Virus record (IMG/VR): IMGVR_UViG_3300005719_000002
Location: 11,485 to 75,484 of that record
Length of the DNA stretch: 64,000 bases
Source: a virus
Taxonomy: Duplodnaviria; Caudoviricetes
Direction: 5' to 3' (one strand)
This document shows positions 1-9,440 of this stretch, in pieces (the first letter of the stretch is position 1; every line of letters begins with the position of its first letter). A program made the translations under genes and the position numbers. The notes beneath the pieces were generated by a model. It saw only the letters and a program-made list of their open reading frames with translations, did no database searches and had not been told where the DNA came from.

Positions 1-1
1 A

Positions 2-1768
2 GGGTCATCTGCGTTTCTTTCTCAAGCCGACCTCTCAGGCTACGTTACCAGCCATGGAGGATCGTCATCCGACACGATAGATATCGTTTCATGGTCAGGC
101 GGTGCGAACCAGTACAGTGTTTCTGATTACGGTTTGTTTGGTTCAACCGTCTTCGGGCAGTCGAATCCTATTCTGGGATTCGTTGATAATGCTTACAAAG
201 ACATTCCAATCAACCTCGTTACAGCGGCAGGTTACATTCAACTCAATGGTGTTACGAAGTTTGGTTGGCGCACGGATGGTGATGTAAACAGTGCGGCTCC
301 CACAACCGACCAAGATTTTTGTATTTTCTCCGCAGCGGAAGTTAGCGGCACCTCCCAAGACCCGAAGCTGGTCATTACCTACACGCTGTCCTCGCCCAGT
401 GCGTCCATTTCCCCTTCAGCGTCTCGTTCACCGTCTGCTTCGGCTTCCGCGTCAATTAGTCCGTCGGCTTCCACCAGTCCATCGGCTTCCGCGTCGCCGT
501 CACTAAGCCCATCGGCCAGTATCTCGCCCTCGGCTTCAGTAAGTGCGAGCACGTCGCCATCGTCTTCCCGCTCGCCCAGCGCCAGTATCAGTGCAAGTAC
601 TTCTCCGAGTCCGAGTATTTCGCCTTCGGCCAGCACCTCCCCGTCGGCGTCCGCTTCGGCATCAACGTCCCCCAGCGCGTCACGCAGCCCCTCGGCTTCG
701 GCTTCACCATCGCTCTCGCCATCAGGCAGCGTATCGCCCAGCGCCTCGGCAAGTGCATCAGTGTCGCCCAGCGCTTCGATCAGTTCATCGGCATCGCTTA
801 GCCCGTCCGCATCGGCAAGTTTGTCGGTAAGCCCAAGCGCGAGTTTATCGCCCAGTGCGTCACTGTCCCCGTCAGCTTCGATTAGTCTATCAACCAGCCC
901 GTCGCTCAGTCCCAGCGCGTCCTTAAGCCCGTCAGCCAGTGTCTCAGCCTCGGTGAGTCCCAGCGCGAGCATGTCGCCGTCTACTTCGTTGTCCCCAAGC
1001 GCTTCATTGTCACCGAGTGCGTCATCGTCTCCGTCGCTGTCGCCGTCGTCCAGCGTGAGTGCCAGTGTTAGTCCGTCAGGCTCACTGTCGCCCTCAGCAA
1101 GTGTGTCACTGTCTCTATCGCCCAGCGGATCGGTCAGTGCCAGTATTTCGCCGTCAGATAGCCAGTCACCTTCAGCTTCAGTTTCGCTGTCCGTTTCACC
1201 AAGCAGTTCGGTTAGCCTCTCGATTTCCGGCTCGGTATCGCCCAGCGCGAGTGTGAGTTCATCGCTAAGCCCCAGCGAGTCGGCGTCCGCCACTGCCAGT
1301 CCCAGTGCATCCAGTTCGCCATCAATGTCACCCTCAGCGAGCCGTTCGCCATCGGCCTCAGCATCGCCTTCCCCCGATCCGGGCGATCAGGGCGTGTCAA
1401 TTTCGAGCTTTAGAATTCCGTACTACCAGCGAGCAGGTGAGAAAGCCTACGTGGACATTTACTTCACCAAACCATTCAGAGACGTGGACAGCAACTATAT
1501 TCCGGGCGGTGGCGGAGCCAAGCGTTCTCCGTTCTACAAGCGACTAACGTGCGCAGTAAATAAGTTCACCCATATTATCACTGTGCCTCAGTTCAACATT
1601 CCCTGCACTACTACCGGATCGGACACGGCTGTCAGGGCAGTGTTTATTTTGAGAGATTCAACCTTCAGTTTTGTGCGATACTTAAACCACTCTAAAGGCG
1701 CGTATTGGGTCGTGCCTGATACGGTGACCAGCTGGCAAGGGCTGATGCAATACAATGACACCCACTAA
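2..1768 (+). CDS. Virion fibre/decoration protein, 5'-truncated; DNRLRE-like domain, 329-aa Ser-Pro-Ala repeat, folded C-terminal domain
   Basis: The frame is open from position 2, so the track start at 134 is not the true start. DPKLVITY resembles the end of DNRLRE-type domains. SPSAS repeat at 389-1375. Confidence 0.7.
   Translation, partial: GSSAFLSQADLSGYVTSHGGSSSDTIDIVSWSGGANQYSVSDYGLFGSTVFGQSNPILGFVDNAYKDIPINLVTAAGYIQLNGVTKFGWRTDGDVNSAAPTTDQDFCIFSAAEVSGTSQDPKLVITYTLSSPSASISPSASRSPSASASASISPSASTSPSASASPSLSPSASISPSASVSASTSPSSSRSPSASISASTSPSPSISPSASTSPSASASASTSPSASRSPSASASPSLSPSGSVSPSASASASVSPSASISSSASLSPSASASLSVSPSASLSPSASLSPSASISLSTSPSLSPSASLSPSASVSASVSPSASMSPSTSLSPSASLSPSASSSPSLSPSSSVSASVSPSGSLSPSASVSLSLSPSGSVSASISPSDSQSPSASVSLSVSPSSSVSLSISGSVSPSASVSSSLSPSESASATASPSASSSPSMSPSASRSPSASASPSPDPGDQGVSISSFRIPYYQRAGEKAYVDIYFTKPFRDVDSNYIPGGGGAKRSPFYKRLTCAVNKFTHIITVPQFNIPCTTTGSDTAVRAVFILRDSTFSFVRYLNHSKGAYWVVPDTVTSWQGLMQYNDTH
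389..1375 (+). repeat. Low-complexity SPSAS coding repeat
   Basis: Translation is almost only S/P/A/L/V/I/T/R; all six Ser codons are used. Confidence 0.95.
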
Positions 1769-1779
1769 GGAGAAATGAA

Positions 1780-2235
1780 ATGGGTAGAAAGTACGCTGTT
1801 ACAGGGGGTGACACCAATACCGCCAACACGACCATGCTTGGCATCAACGCCAAGTCGTCGTCACCAACGGTACGTGCTCACCTTTACGATTTCGTGTTCA
1901 GTTCCGTGGCGTCCCCGAACGATTACCCGTGGGAGCTTAACCTGCAACGCATTACGGATGCGGGTACGTCTACCGGCGTGACGCCGCAAGCTCTGGACTC
2001 CGCCGATGGCGCGGCTGAGTGTACGGCGGGCAAGGCGCATTCCGCTGAACCTACTTACACAGCCAGTGCCGTCCTGCTCGATCTGGCGATCAACCTGCGC
2101 AGTACGTTTCGCTTTGCGTGTGTGCCGGGATCGGAATTTATCATTCCCGCCACCGCATCGAATGGGCTGGCAGTCAGGTCGATCACAGCAGCAAATGCGT
2201 TTACGATTTTAGCCACGATTCTTTACGAAGAATAA
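1780..2235 (+). CDS. Putative virion structural protein (151 aa)
   Basis: SD AAGGAG upstream; T/A/G-rich beta-type composition; lies among fibre genes. Confidence 0.6.
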   Translation: MGRKYAVTGGDTNTANTTMLGINAKSSSPTVRAHLYDFVFSSVASPNDYPWELNLQRITDAGTSTGVTPQALDSADGAAECTAGKAHSAEPTYTASAVLLDLAINLRSTFRFACVPGSEFIIPATASNGLAVRSITAANAFTILATILYEE

Positions 2236-2252
2236 CTACTTGGAGGTAGGTA

Positions 2253-2525
2253 ATGCCGGAATACAATGGGCTACTACTACCATCCGAGCCTGCCTATGAA
2301 CGCAAACCCGCTGGTGTGATCATCGTTGACGGGCAGGACATAGCTTCTACGGTGCAGTGTTGCCACTGCAACTGCCACTTCATTTCAGTTAAAGGCTCAG
2401 GACAAACGCGCGGGTTCTGCACGTTGTGCATGGCGCGCACTTGCGGCAAGCCGGAGTGTGATGTCTGTACGCCCTTTGAGAAGAAGATTGCCGATTATGA
2501 ACGTGGAAAACGAGTAGGCTTGTAA
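2253..2525 (+). CDS. Cys-rich putative metal-binding protein (9 Cys)
   Basis: SD GGAGGT; CCHCNCH and CxxC-x4-C-x4-CxxC motifs. Confidence 0.65.
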   Translation: MPEYNGLLLPSEPAYERKPAGVIIVDGQDIASTVQCCHCNCHFISVKGSGQTRGFCTLCMARTCGKPECDVCTPFEKKIADYERGKRVGL

Positions 2526-3323
2526 ATGTTTCAACGTATCAGAGCGGGAGTATCGCAAACGGGAGAAGGTTTTGTCGTCCCCAGCCCCGGCTCGCCTTCG
2601 CTTTCACCCTCAGCGAGTCTCAGCCCTTCAGCCAGCGCCAGCGCGTCTCTTTCACCTTCAGCCAGCCGCTCACCTTCAGCCAGTGTGTCACCGTCAGGCG
2701 GGGCGTTGCGCGGCATTGTGTTCAACGGCACAAACCAGAATGCTTACCGCTCGCTCTCCGGCTCGCCGTGGAGTTCGATGGGTGCATTCAAAACCATCTT
2801 TCGGATGCGCAGCCTGACAACTTCAGGTGCGCGCATTTTCCAACTGGGACAGGAGAGTGCTGGTGACGGATTCAAGCTCTCTGAGAATAGCGGACGGTTG
2901 GACTTTGTGGAGACGCGCGAGTCTGCCCAGATTTTCCATACCCCCACCGACCTGACCAACATGGTCGTTAAGGTGCAGTTCGATCCGGCGAACACCCGGT
3001 GGACATACGAATCATGGAAATCGGATGGAACAGGTTACGTTTCCGGCACGGTGGCGATGACCGACGCGAGTAACTACAACATTGACAGCTTCTCGTGCGG
3101 CGCGAGCGTCTTTAACGCATTCAACGGGGACGCGCACTTTGACTGGGTGGGTATTCAGTCGGGTGTTGATGCGTTAGGGTCGGGCAATTTCCCCGGTGCT
3201 GAACCCCCGGCAGGCACCTATCTCGCCCTGTGGAAGTTTGACGCTGACGACGGCACCGACTCGTCAGGAAACAGTTTGACGCTTACGTTGCATAATTCAC
3301 CAACATTTGAGAACACACCATAA
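2526..3323 (+). CDS. LamG/concanavalin-like virion protein with short SPSAS linker
   Basis: Repeat at 2580-2696, then GIVFNGTNQ...ALWKFD...DSSGNSLTLTL, typical of LamG-like domains. Confidence 0.6.
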   Translation: MFQRIRAGVSQTGEGFVVPSPGSPSLSPSASLSPSASASASLSPSASRSPSASVSPSGGALRGIVFNGTNQNAYRSLSGSPWSSMGAFKTIFRMRSLTTSGARIFQLGQESAGDGFKLSENSGRLDFVETRESAQIFHTPTDLTNMVVKVQFDPANTRWTYESWKSDGTGYVSGTVAMTDASNYNIDSFSCGASVFNAFNGDAHFDWVGIQSGVDALGSGNFPGAEPPAGTYLALWKFDADDGTDSSGNSLTLTLHNSPTFENTP

Positions 3324-3326
3324 ATC

Positions 3327-5351
3327 ATGCCATCCCCAAACCCACCAACAAATCTGGTCTGCACCAACGGCGGCGCAAACGATATTGTTTTGGCATGGAC
3401 GGATAACTCGTCCGATGAAACAGGGTTCAGGATTGAGCGCAAGCTGGGTGTCAGTGGATCGTATTCGGAAATCGACACGGTAGGTGCAAACGTTACCGGC
3501 TACGTTGACACGTCTTCCAAGACAGCCAACCGTCCGTATATCTACCGCGTGCGCGCTTATAACGGTTCCGGCAATTCGGCCTACTCAAATGAAGACGACG
3601 CCACCACGCCCTATGCGGGTACGGTTCCCAACTACAAGACCGACACCGCGAACTACGTAGACGTTGAGAAGACCATCACCGATGCAACGAACGCGACCCC
3701 GATTGTCATCACCACCAGCACGACGCACGGCCTCTCCACAGGCGATCTGATTCGCATATCAAAGGTTCTGGGTAACGATGCGGCCAATGGGCTGTGGCGC
3801 GTTACGGTGCTGAGCACCACCACGTTTAGTCTCGACAACAGTGTCGGCACTGGCGCGTTCAGTTCCAGTCCGGCAGCGCGGGTATTTGCCAACTTCCCTG
3901 TGCCTCTACCGTTGGCTGGCGGGAAGTTCTACGACGAAATGTTCGGTACACAGGTAATGCGGTTTACGGACGAGTCGGACGGGGATTATTTCGGCACGGC
4001 TTACTCAGTATGGCCGACATTCAACTGCGACAACACGCGGGTCTATTTGCAATCAGGGGGTGGTTGGGCATTAGGTGAATTCAACCCAACGACCTTCCGC
4101 CGCTCTGGAGCGCTTCACTCAATCCCGAATGCACCGTTTACCAACTATGCCCACTACGAGTCAGCCTTCTGGAGTTTTACCGATCCCAATAAATTGTTCA
4201 TTCTGGTTGATGCCAAAATCTACTACTACAGCCCCTTAACCGACACCTACACGCTCGTCAAGGACTTGCAGAGCTACTTCGGAGCGGGGTGGTTTTTCAA
4301 TCAGCTTTATGTGAGCAGCAATGACAATCGTTTTGGGTTCAACACATGGAACGGGTCAGGTAATCAGGGCTTTGCGGTGTATGAACTGTCCACCGACACT
4401 CTGAAACTCGACGTGCGCAACACCGATGTCAACGGCATCACGATGGACAAGTCCGGCCAGTATGTGTTGTTTGTTACCGACTCTCTTGGTTATTACACCC
4501 AGTACATCTACTCCGTGGACGCTGGAACCTTTGAGACTCTTATCTCAGACGTGAACACCGGACTGCCGGATTTTGGCATAGGGCACAACGATGCCGGTCA
4601 GAGCGTGATTGTGGGAGCGGATCAATGGAATGGTGGGTTTAGTTTCCGTAACATGGGTACGCCACACACGGTGAGCCACCCATTCACCTACGCCCCCTAC
4701 TGGTTTAATTTTCACCTCTCAATGCGTGCTGATAACGATGAGTGGGTGCTGGTCGGCACCTACGGCGATACTGGCGTGTCCGCCGCACCGCCGAAGTATT
4801 ATCAGGAGCTTTTCCAGACAAACAACACAAACGGTTCCCTCAGGCGGCTGGTTCACGGTAATTCCAACTATCAAGCCAACGTGTTCCTTTGTCCCACCTG
4901 TCCGGTAACTGTGACGGGTGCGACCAACGCAACGCCTATAGTTATTGCTACCTCCGGCCCGCATCGGATGCTGACAGGGATGCGCCCGCAGATTTCCGGC
5001 ATTGGCGGGAACACAGCAGCGAATGGCACGTGGACAGCGACGGTCATTGATGCGACACACTTTAGTTTAGACGGCAGCACTGGCAACGGGGCTTACACAT
5101 CCGGTGGGCAGGTTTACGCGGAGATGTACTGGGACACGCCGCGTGCGAACATGAGCCGTGATGGTAAGTTTATCGCGTGGACTTCCAACTGGAACGGAGT
5201 TCCCGGTGGTGGGCGCAGGGACTTGTTCATCGCGCAGGTTGATCCGGTCAACCCGTCCGCGTCCCCTAGCCCATCGGCGTCGCTTAGTCCTTCAGCGTCC
5301 GCGTCACCGTCGGCAGGCAGTAGTTTGAAGTTGATTGCTTTGTGTGGCTAG
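3327..5351 (+). CDS. Tail fibre / receptor-binding protein: FN3, two FCCH-like beta modules, beta-propeller, SPSAS tail
   Basis: FN3 signature (PNPPTNL...LAWTDNSSDETGFRIER...YIYRVRAYN); two ITxATNATPIVI modules; SRDGKFIAWTSNW blade. Confidence 0.75.
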   Translation: MPSPNPPTNLVCTNGGANDIVLAWTDNSSDETGFRIERKLGVSGSYSEIDTVGANVTGYVDTSSKTANRPYIYRVRAYNGSGNSAYSNEDDATTPYAGTVPNYKTDTANYVDVEKTITDATNATPIVITTSTTHGLSTGDLIRISKVLGNDAANGLWRVTVLSTTTFSLDNSVGTGAFSSSPAARVFANFPVPLPLAGGKFYDEMFGTQVMRFTDESDGDYFGTAYSVWPTFNCDNTRVYLQSGGGWALGEFNPTTFRRSGALHSIPNAPFTNYAHYESAFWSFTDPNKLFILVDAKIYYYSPLTDTYTLVKDLQSYFGAGWFFNQLYVSSNDNRFGFNTWNGSGNQGFAVYELSTDTLKLDVRNTDVNGITMDKSGQYVLFVTDSLGYYTQYIYSVDAGTFETLISDVNTGLPDFGIGHNDAGQSVIVGADQWNGGFSFRNMGTPHTVSHPFTYAPYWFNFHLSMRADNDEWVLVGTYGDTGVSAAPPKYYQELFQTNNTNGSLRRLVHGNSNYQANVFLCPTCPVTVTGATNATPIVIATSGPHRMLTGMRPQISGIGGNTAANGTWTATVIDATHFSLDGSTGNGAYTSGGQVYAEMYWDTPRANMSRDGKFIAWTSNWNGVPGGGRRDLFIAQVDPVNPSASPSPSASLSPSASASPSAGSSLKLIALCG

Positions 5352-5353
5352 AA

Positions 5354-5596
5354 ATGCAACGCAAACCGCATGGAAGGTCGATAACGCTTATCGCAACCCT
5401 AACACCACCGAAGGTTGCCAGTCTAACCTTTACGCTGACCCGTCCAGATCGCAGCAAGTCGTCTCAGATGGCATCCACGGACGGGGCGGGGAAGGCCAGT
5501 GTGAGTTTTCAGTTGCGTCCTAAAGACCCGACGGCCACATATCAATGCAGCGTGGCAGGGGCAGGAGCAAGCGATTCGACTTCGATAATTTGCTGA
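5354..5596 (+). CDS. Small Ig-like structural protein
   Basis: ATG 3 nt after the upstream stop; STDGAGKASVSF...ATYQCSV Ig-like pattern. Confidence 0.55.
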   Translation: MQRKPHGRSITLIATLTPPKVASLTFTLTRPDRSKSSQMASTDGAGKASVSFQLRPKDPTATYQCSVAGAGASDSTSIIC

Positions 5597-5625
5597 CGCC
5601 GTAGCGTACTGAGATAGAGATGGTT

Positions 5626-5662
5626 AGCCGAGCCGGGACATACGAACTCGGCTCGGTTTTTT
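5626..5662 (+). terminator. Intrinsic terminator
   Basis: AGCCGAGCCGGG / CTCGGCTCGGTT stem (11-12 bp) followed by TTTTTT. Confidence 0.8.
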
Positions 5663-5668
5663 CATAAA

Positions 5669-8299
5669 TTGGCAACTAAACTTTACTTAGAATCGACCGC
5701 GTTCTCGCCCATCACGCCGACGCCTAACGCCGGTTGGACGGACACGACGCAGTTTGCCCGCTTCGCGGCTGGCACAACCAAGCTGAGTTCCACGATGACG
5801 ACGCGCAGTTGCACGTCAGCCATCTCCACTCAGGCCGACATTATTCTCTGCCAGTTTATTTCACACCCGCTGGATGCAGGCCAGACGATTACCGGCGGGC
5901 AAAACATTTCGATTGTAATGCGCGAGGCGGAGACTGCCGCCACTAACAACCTCTTTTTCACTTGGGCAGTCTACATTTTCAACGGCTCAACACTTCAGAA
6001 AACCCTCATTGCCAAGCGTCAGGATGGCACTGAGCAGACCTCCGCTACCTTAACCACCCGCAGCGCCACGGTTGCGAGTGTGGCGGGTAACTACACCACC
6101 GTTGCGGGGGATCGAATTGTTATTGAGGTTGGATTGAACGGCGACCCCGGCGGCACGAGCAACCACAATGGATCGGTTAGTCACGGATCGGATTCAGGTT
6201 CGGATTTGGCTATTTCAGATGGCGTTACGACCGCTAATAATCCCAACCTGAACCTCACCGACACGCTGACGTTTAATACGATTTCCCCTTCAGCTTCGCT
6301 CAGTCCAAGTGCATCGCTGAGTCCAAGTGCATCCTTGTCCCCCTCGGCAAGTCTCAGCCCCAGCGCCAGTGTTTCACCCTCACTCAGTCCATCAGCGAGT
6401 TTAAGCCCCTCTGCCAGTTCGTCACCTTCTCTGAGTCCATCAGCCAGCCTGTCACCGTCTGCGAGTCGTAGTCCCAGTGCCAGTATCTCGGCATCGGTCA
6501 GCCCCTCTGCGAGCTTGTCCCCATCCGCCAGCCTCAGCCCTTCGGCAAGCAGTTCGGCGTCGTTAAGTCCGTCAGCAAGTATCAGTCCAAGTTCCAGCGC
6601 AAGTCCCAGCGTGTCGGCAACGCCACCGATATTTATCGAAGGGCAGAATGTCGATCCATTCTTCATTGAACACTTTCTGTTCTATGAGACACAGCCCTTG
6701 CTGGGAATTCCGGGGTTGTCGCCAAGTGCTTCAGTCAGTCCATCAGCAAGTATTTCGGCTTCAATTAGTCCCAGCGCCAGTCTCAGCCCCTCGGCGTCTT
6801 TGAGTCCGAGCGCGAGTGTGTCAGCTTCAGTCTCCCCCAGTGCGAGCATTAGCCCATCAGCTTCAGCCTCACCAAGTCTCTCACCATCCGCGTCGCTGAG
6901 TCCTTCTGCGAGTGAGTCGCCTTCGATTTCTCCGTCCGCGTCTTTAAGCCCCAGCGCTTCCGTGTCGGCCAGCGTGTCGCCCAGTCCGTCGCTGTCGCCT
7001 TCAGCGTCGCTCTCGCCCTCTGCCAGTGTCTCCGCGTCGTTATCGCCTTCGGCGAGTCTAAGTCCGAGTGCTTCACAATCTGCGAGCCTATCCCCTAGCG
7101 CGTCATTGTCACCTTCGGCGTCCCTTTCACCGTCCGCGAGTGCATCAGCCTCAGTGTCCCCGTCGGCGAGTCTCAGTCCCAGCAGCAGCGCATCGCCGTC
7201 TTTGTCGCCATCTGCGTCTCTGTCACCAAGCGCATCGCCGTCACCATCGGCCAGTGTTAGCGCGAGCGTATCTCCCAGTGCTTCGTCCAGCGCCAGTTCG
7301 TCGCCGTCACTTTCTCCGAGTGCCAGCGCGTCACCATCGTCCAGCGCCAGTCCTAGTTCCGGTCTGACTCCGGCCATCTTCGTCTACGGCCAAAACGTCG
7401 ATCCGTTTTTCATTCAGCACTTCATTCCGCTGATTGTTAATTCGCTGTTCGTTGCTGAGCAGCCATCGCCATCCGCTTCGCTTAGCCCCAGTGCCAGTCA
7501 GTCACCCAGCGCCAGCGCCAGTCCCAGCCCTCCGGCTGCGCCGCCTGTGTTCGTCTATGGTCAGAATGTTGATCCGTTCTTCATCCAGAAGTTCATCCCG
7601 CTGATTGTCAACTCTCTATTCGCGATTGAAATCACGGCATTCTCACCGAGCGGTAGCCAGAGTCCATCCGCTTCCGCGTCAGCATCGCTGTCTCCGTCGC
7701 GGTCGTTGAGTCCCAGTGCATCGCTTAGTGCCAGCCTGTCTCCCAGTGCGAGTTTGTCACCTTCAGCCTCGCTCAGCCCAAGTGCCAGCGCTTCGCCGTC
7801 TCGTTCGCCGTCAGCTTCTCTAAGTCCCAGTGCAAGTGTCTCCGCATCGCGCTCACCCAGTGCCTCACGGAGCGCATCTCTTAGCCCTTCAGCATCCATC
7901 AGCCCATCAGCCAGCGGGTCGGTCAGTCCTTCCCCATCGGTCAGCCCGTCAGCATCAATCAGCGCTTCGGCGTCAATCTCGCCATCGCCAAGTGCCAGTG
8001 CGTCTCGTTCCCCTTCGGCATCTTTAAGCCCCTCTGCCTCCATTAGTCCCTCACTCAGCCCCAGTGCTTCTGCTTCAGCGTCTGCCAGCCCTTCGGGGTC
8101 ACTGTCGGCGTCGCTCTCACCAAGTACATCCATCTCTCCGTCCGCGTCAGCCAGCCGCAGTATCTCGCCAACCTTGCCGCCGCCATTGTGCGTGACCTTT
8201 GAATTCACGCTCACAACAAGCCAAGTGGTGTTCTCAGGAAAGACTTCTACAACAGAGTTCGATCTACACACTTCTGAAATTGACTTTGACCAATTGTAA
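5669..8299 (+). CDS. Virion protein: folded N-domain, ~630-aa SPSAS region interrupted by three GQNVDPFF motifs, short C-domain
   Basis: TTG start giving MATKLYL; repeat region 6284-8170. Confidence 0.75.
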   Translation: MATKLYLESTAFSPITPTPNAGWTDTTQFARFAAGTTKLSSTMTTRSCTSAISTQADIILCQFISHPLDAGQTITGGQNISIVMREAETAATNNLFFTWAVYIFNGSTLQKTLIAKRQDGTEQTSATLTTRSATVASVAGNYTTVAGDRIVIEVGLNGDPGGTSNHNGSVSHGSDSGSDLAISDGVTTANNPNLNLTDTLTFNTISPSASLSPSASLSPSASLSPSASLSPSASVSPSLSPSASLSPSASSSPSLSPSASLSPSASRSPSASISASVSPSASLSPSASLSPSASSSASLSPSASISPSSSASPSVSATPPIFIEGQNVDPFFIEHFLFYETQPLLGIPGLSPSASVSPSASISASISPSASLSPSASLSPSASVSASVSPSASISPSASASPSLSPSASLSPSASESPSISPSASLSPSASVSASVSPSPSLSPSASLSPSASVSASLSPSASLSPSASQSASLSPSASLSPSASLSPSASASASVSPSASLSPSSSASPSLSPSASLSPSASPSPSASVSASVSPSASSSASSSPSLSPSASASPSSSASPSSGLTPAIFVYGQNVDPFFIQHFIPLIVNSLFVAEQPSPSASLSPSASQSPSASASPSPPAAPPVFVYGQNVDPFFIQKFIPLIVNSLFAIEITAFSPSGSQSPSASASASLSPSRSLSPSASLSASLSPSASLSPSASLSPSASASPSRSPSASLSPSASVSASRSPSASRSASLSPSASISPSASGSVSPSPSVSPSASISASASISPSPSASASRSPSASLSPSASISPSLSPSASASASASPSGSLSASLSPSTSISPSASASRSISPTLPPPLCVTFEFTLTTSQVVFSGKTSTTEFDLHTSEIDFDQL
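6284..8170 (+). repeat. Low-complexity SPSAS coding repeat
   Basis: Translation; synonymous codons are scrambled. Confidence 0.95.
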
Positions 8300-9249
8300 T
8301 GGCCGTATCCCCCTCAGCCAGTATCAGCCGCAGCCCCAGCCCGTCGGCATCGCGGTCGCCGTCAGCTTCACGCAGCCCTTCAGCCAGTAGATCGCCGTCT
8401 GCATCTGTTTCGGCGTCTCGCAGTCCGTCAGCCAGCCGTTCACCCAGTGCTTCAGTATCAGCAAGCATTTCGCCGTCGGGGAGCGCCAGCGGGTCACTCT
8501 CTCCGTCAGGGTCGGCCAGCACGAGCACTTCACCTTCAGCATCTATTAGCGCATCACAAAGCCCTTCGGGTTCAATATCAGCGTCGCTATCTCCATCCGG
8601 CTCGGTGAGCACGAGCGCGTCACCCTCGGCCTCGGTGAGTGCGTCACCCAGCCCGTCAAGCTCAGTATCCGCGTCACCATCCAGTTCAGCGAGCGCAAGT
8701 ATCAGCGCTTCGTTATCACCAAGCACGTCCAGTAGCGGGAGCGCATCACCATCAGCCTCGGTGTCCCTATCAGCCAGTGCTTCGTCATCTCAAAGCCTAT
8801 CTCCCAGCGCAAGCGCATCGGAAAGTCCGAGTCCCTCGGCTTCTGTAAGCCCATCGAGTAGCATGTCTCGCTCGCTCAGCCCTTCCAGTTCCGTCTCAGA
8901 GTCACCCAGCGCCAGTGAAAGCCCATCCGTATCCGCCAGCCCGTCAGCAGCACCAGTTTCCCCGTCGGTGTCGGTCTCACCTTCCGCCAGTGTTTCCGTT
9001 TCTCCATCTCCAAGTCCGTCGCCCTCTGAAAGCGGCAGCGTCAGTCCAAGTAACAGCCTTAGTAACTCACCGTCCCCGTCAAACGGGCCGTGGTCGCCTT
9101 CTTCGTCAATCAGTCCATCCAGTTCAAACAGTCCCAGCGTAAGCCCAAGCAGTTCAGTCAGTCCTTCACACGTACATCAGGATTCAGGTTCGTCCTCTAT
9201 AAGCCCGTCAAGTTCATGCAGCCCTTCGCCTAGTTCTTCTCCTGGGTGA
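8299..9249 (+). CDS. Stand-alone Ser/Pro-rich mucin-like disordered protein (316 aa)
   Basis: TAATG stop/start overlap with the upstream gene; the whole protein is low complexity. Confidence 0.7.
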   Translation: MAVSPSASISRSPSPSASRSPSASRSPSASRSPSASVSASRSPSASRSPSASVSASISPSGSASGSLSPSGSASTSTSPSASISASQSPSGSISASLSPSGSVSTSASPSASVSASPSPSSSVSASPSSSASASISASLSPSTSSSGSASPSASVSLSASASSSQSLSPSASASESPSPSASVSPSSSMSRSLSPSSSVSESPSASESPSVSASPSAAPVSPSVSVSPSASVSVSPSPSPSPSESGSVSPSNSLSNSPSPSNGPWSPSSSISPSSSNSPSVSPSSSVSPSHVHQDSGSSSISPSSSCSPSPSSSPG

Positions 9250-9256
9250 AACTCTC

Positions 9257-9293
9257 TTGACAGCATCTACGCAGCAAGCGTATATATTGCTAC
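9257..9293 (+). promoter_or_regulatory. Sigma70-like promoter with overlapping inverted repeat
   Basis: TTGACA(9257-9262)-18 nt-TATATA(9281-9286); GCAGCAA / TTGCTAC inverted repeat (9271-9293). Confidence 0.65.
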
Positions 9294-9296
9294 TCA

Positions 9297-9440
9297 GTGA
9301 GTAAAAAACCCGTCACCATTCAAACCTTTAGATGCCAATGCGAACGCTGCGGGTATCGGTGGGTGGCAAAGGTCAGAGAACCCAAGCGTTGCCCTAACTG
9401 TCATAATCCCAACTGGAACAGGCGGAAGAAGACGAGATGA
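9297..9440 (+). CDS. Zn-ribbon mini-protein (47 aa), absent from the ORF track
   Basis: GTG start; MSKKPVTIQTFRCQCERCGYRWVAKVREPKRCPNCHNPNWNRRKKTR; ATGA overlap with the next gene. Confidence 0.75.
   Translation: MSKKPVTIQTFRCQCERCGYRWVAKVREPKRCPNCHNPNWNRRKKTR

Noticed and set aside
8281-8301. Programmed -1 frameshift fusing the 876-aa and 316-aa proteins
   Set aside because: The -1 frame has TGA at 8281 and no slippery heptamer lies in the remaining few codons.
379-8726. Long minus-strand ORFs rich in A/D/E/G/L over the repeats (379-1293, 6181-6666, 6682-7377, 7561-8271, 8247-8726)
   Set aside because: They are antisense shadows: the reverse complement of Ser/Pro/Ala codons rarely gives stops. 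No SD or operon context.
389-9249. Repeats as a CRISPR array, DGR or satellite DNA
   Set aside because: No constant-length DNA repeat with unique spacers, no TR/VR pair or reverse transcriptase; the periodicity is at protein level.
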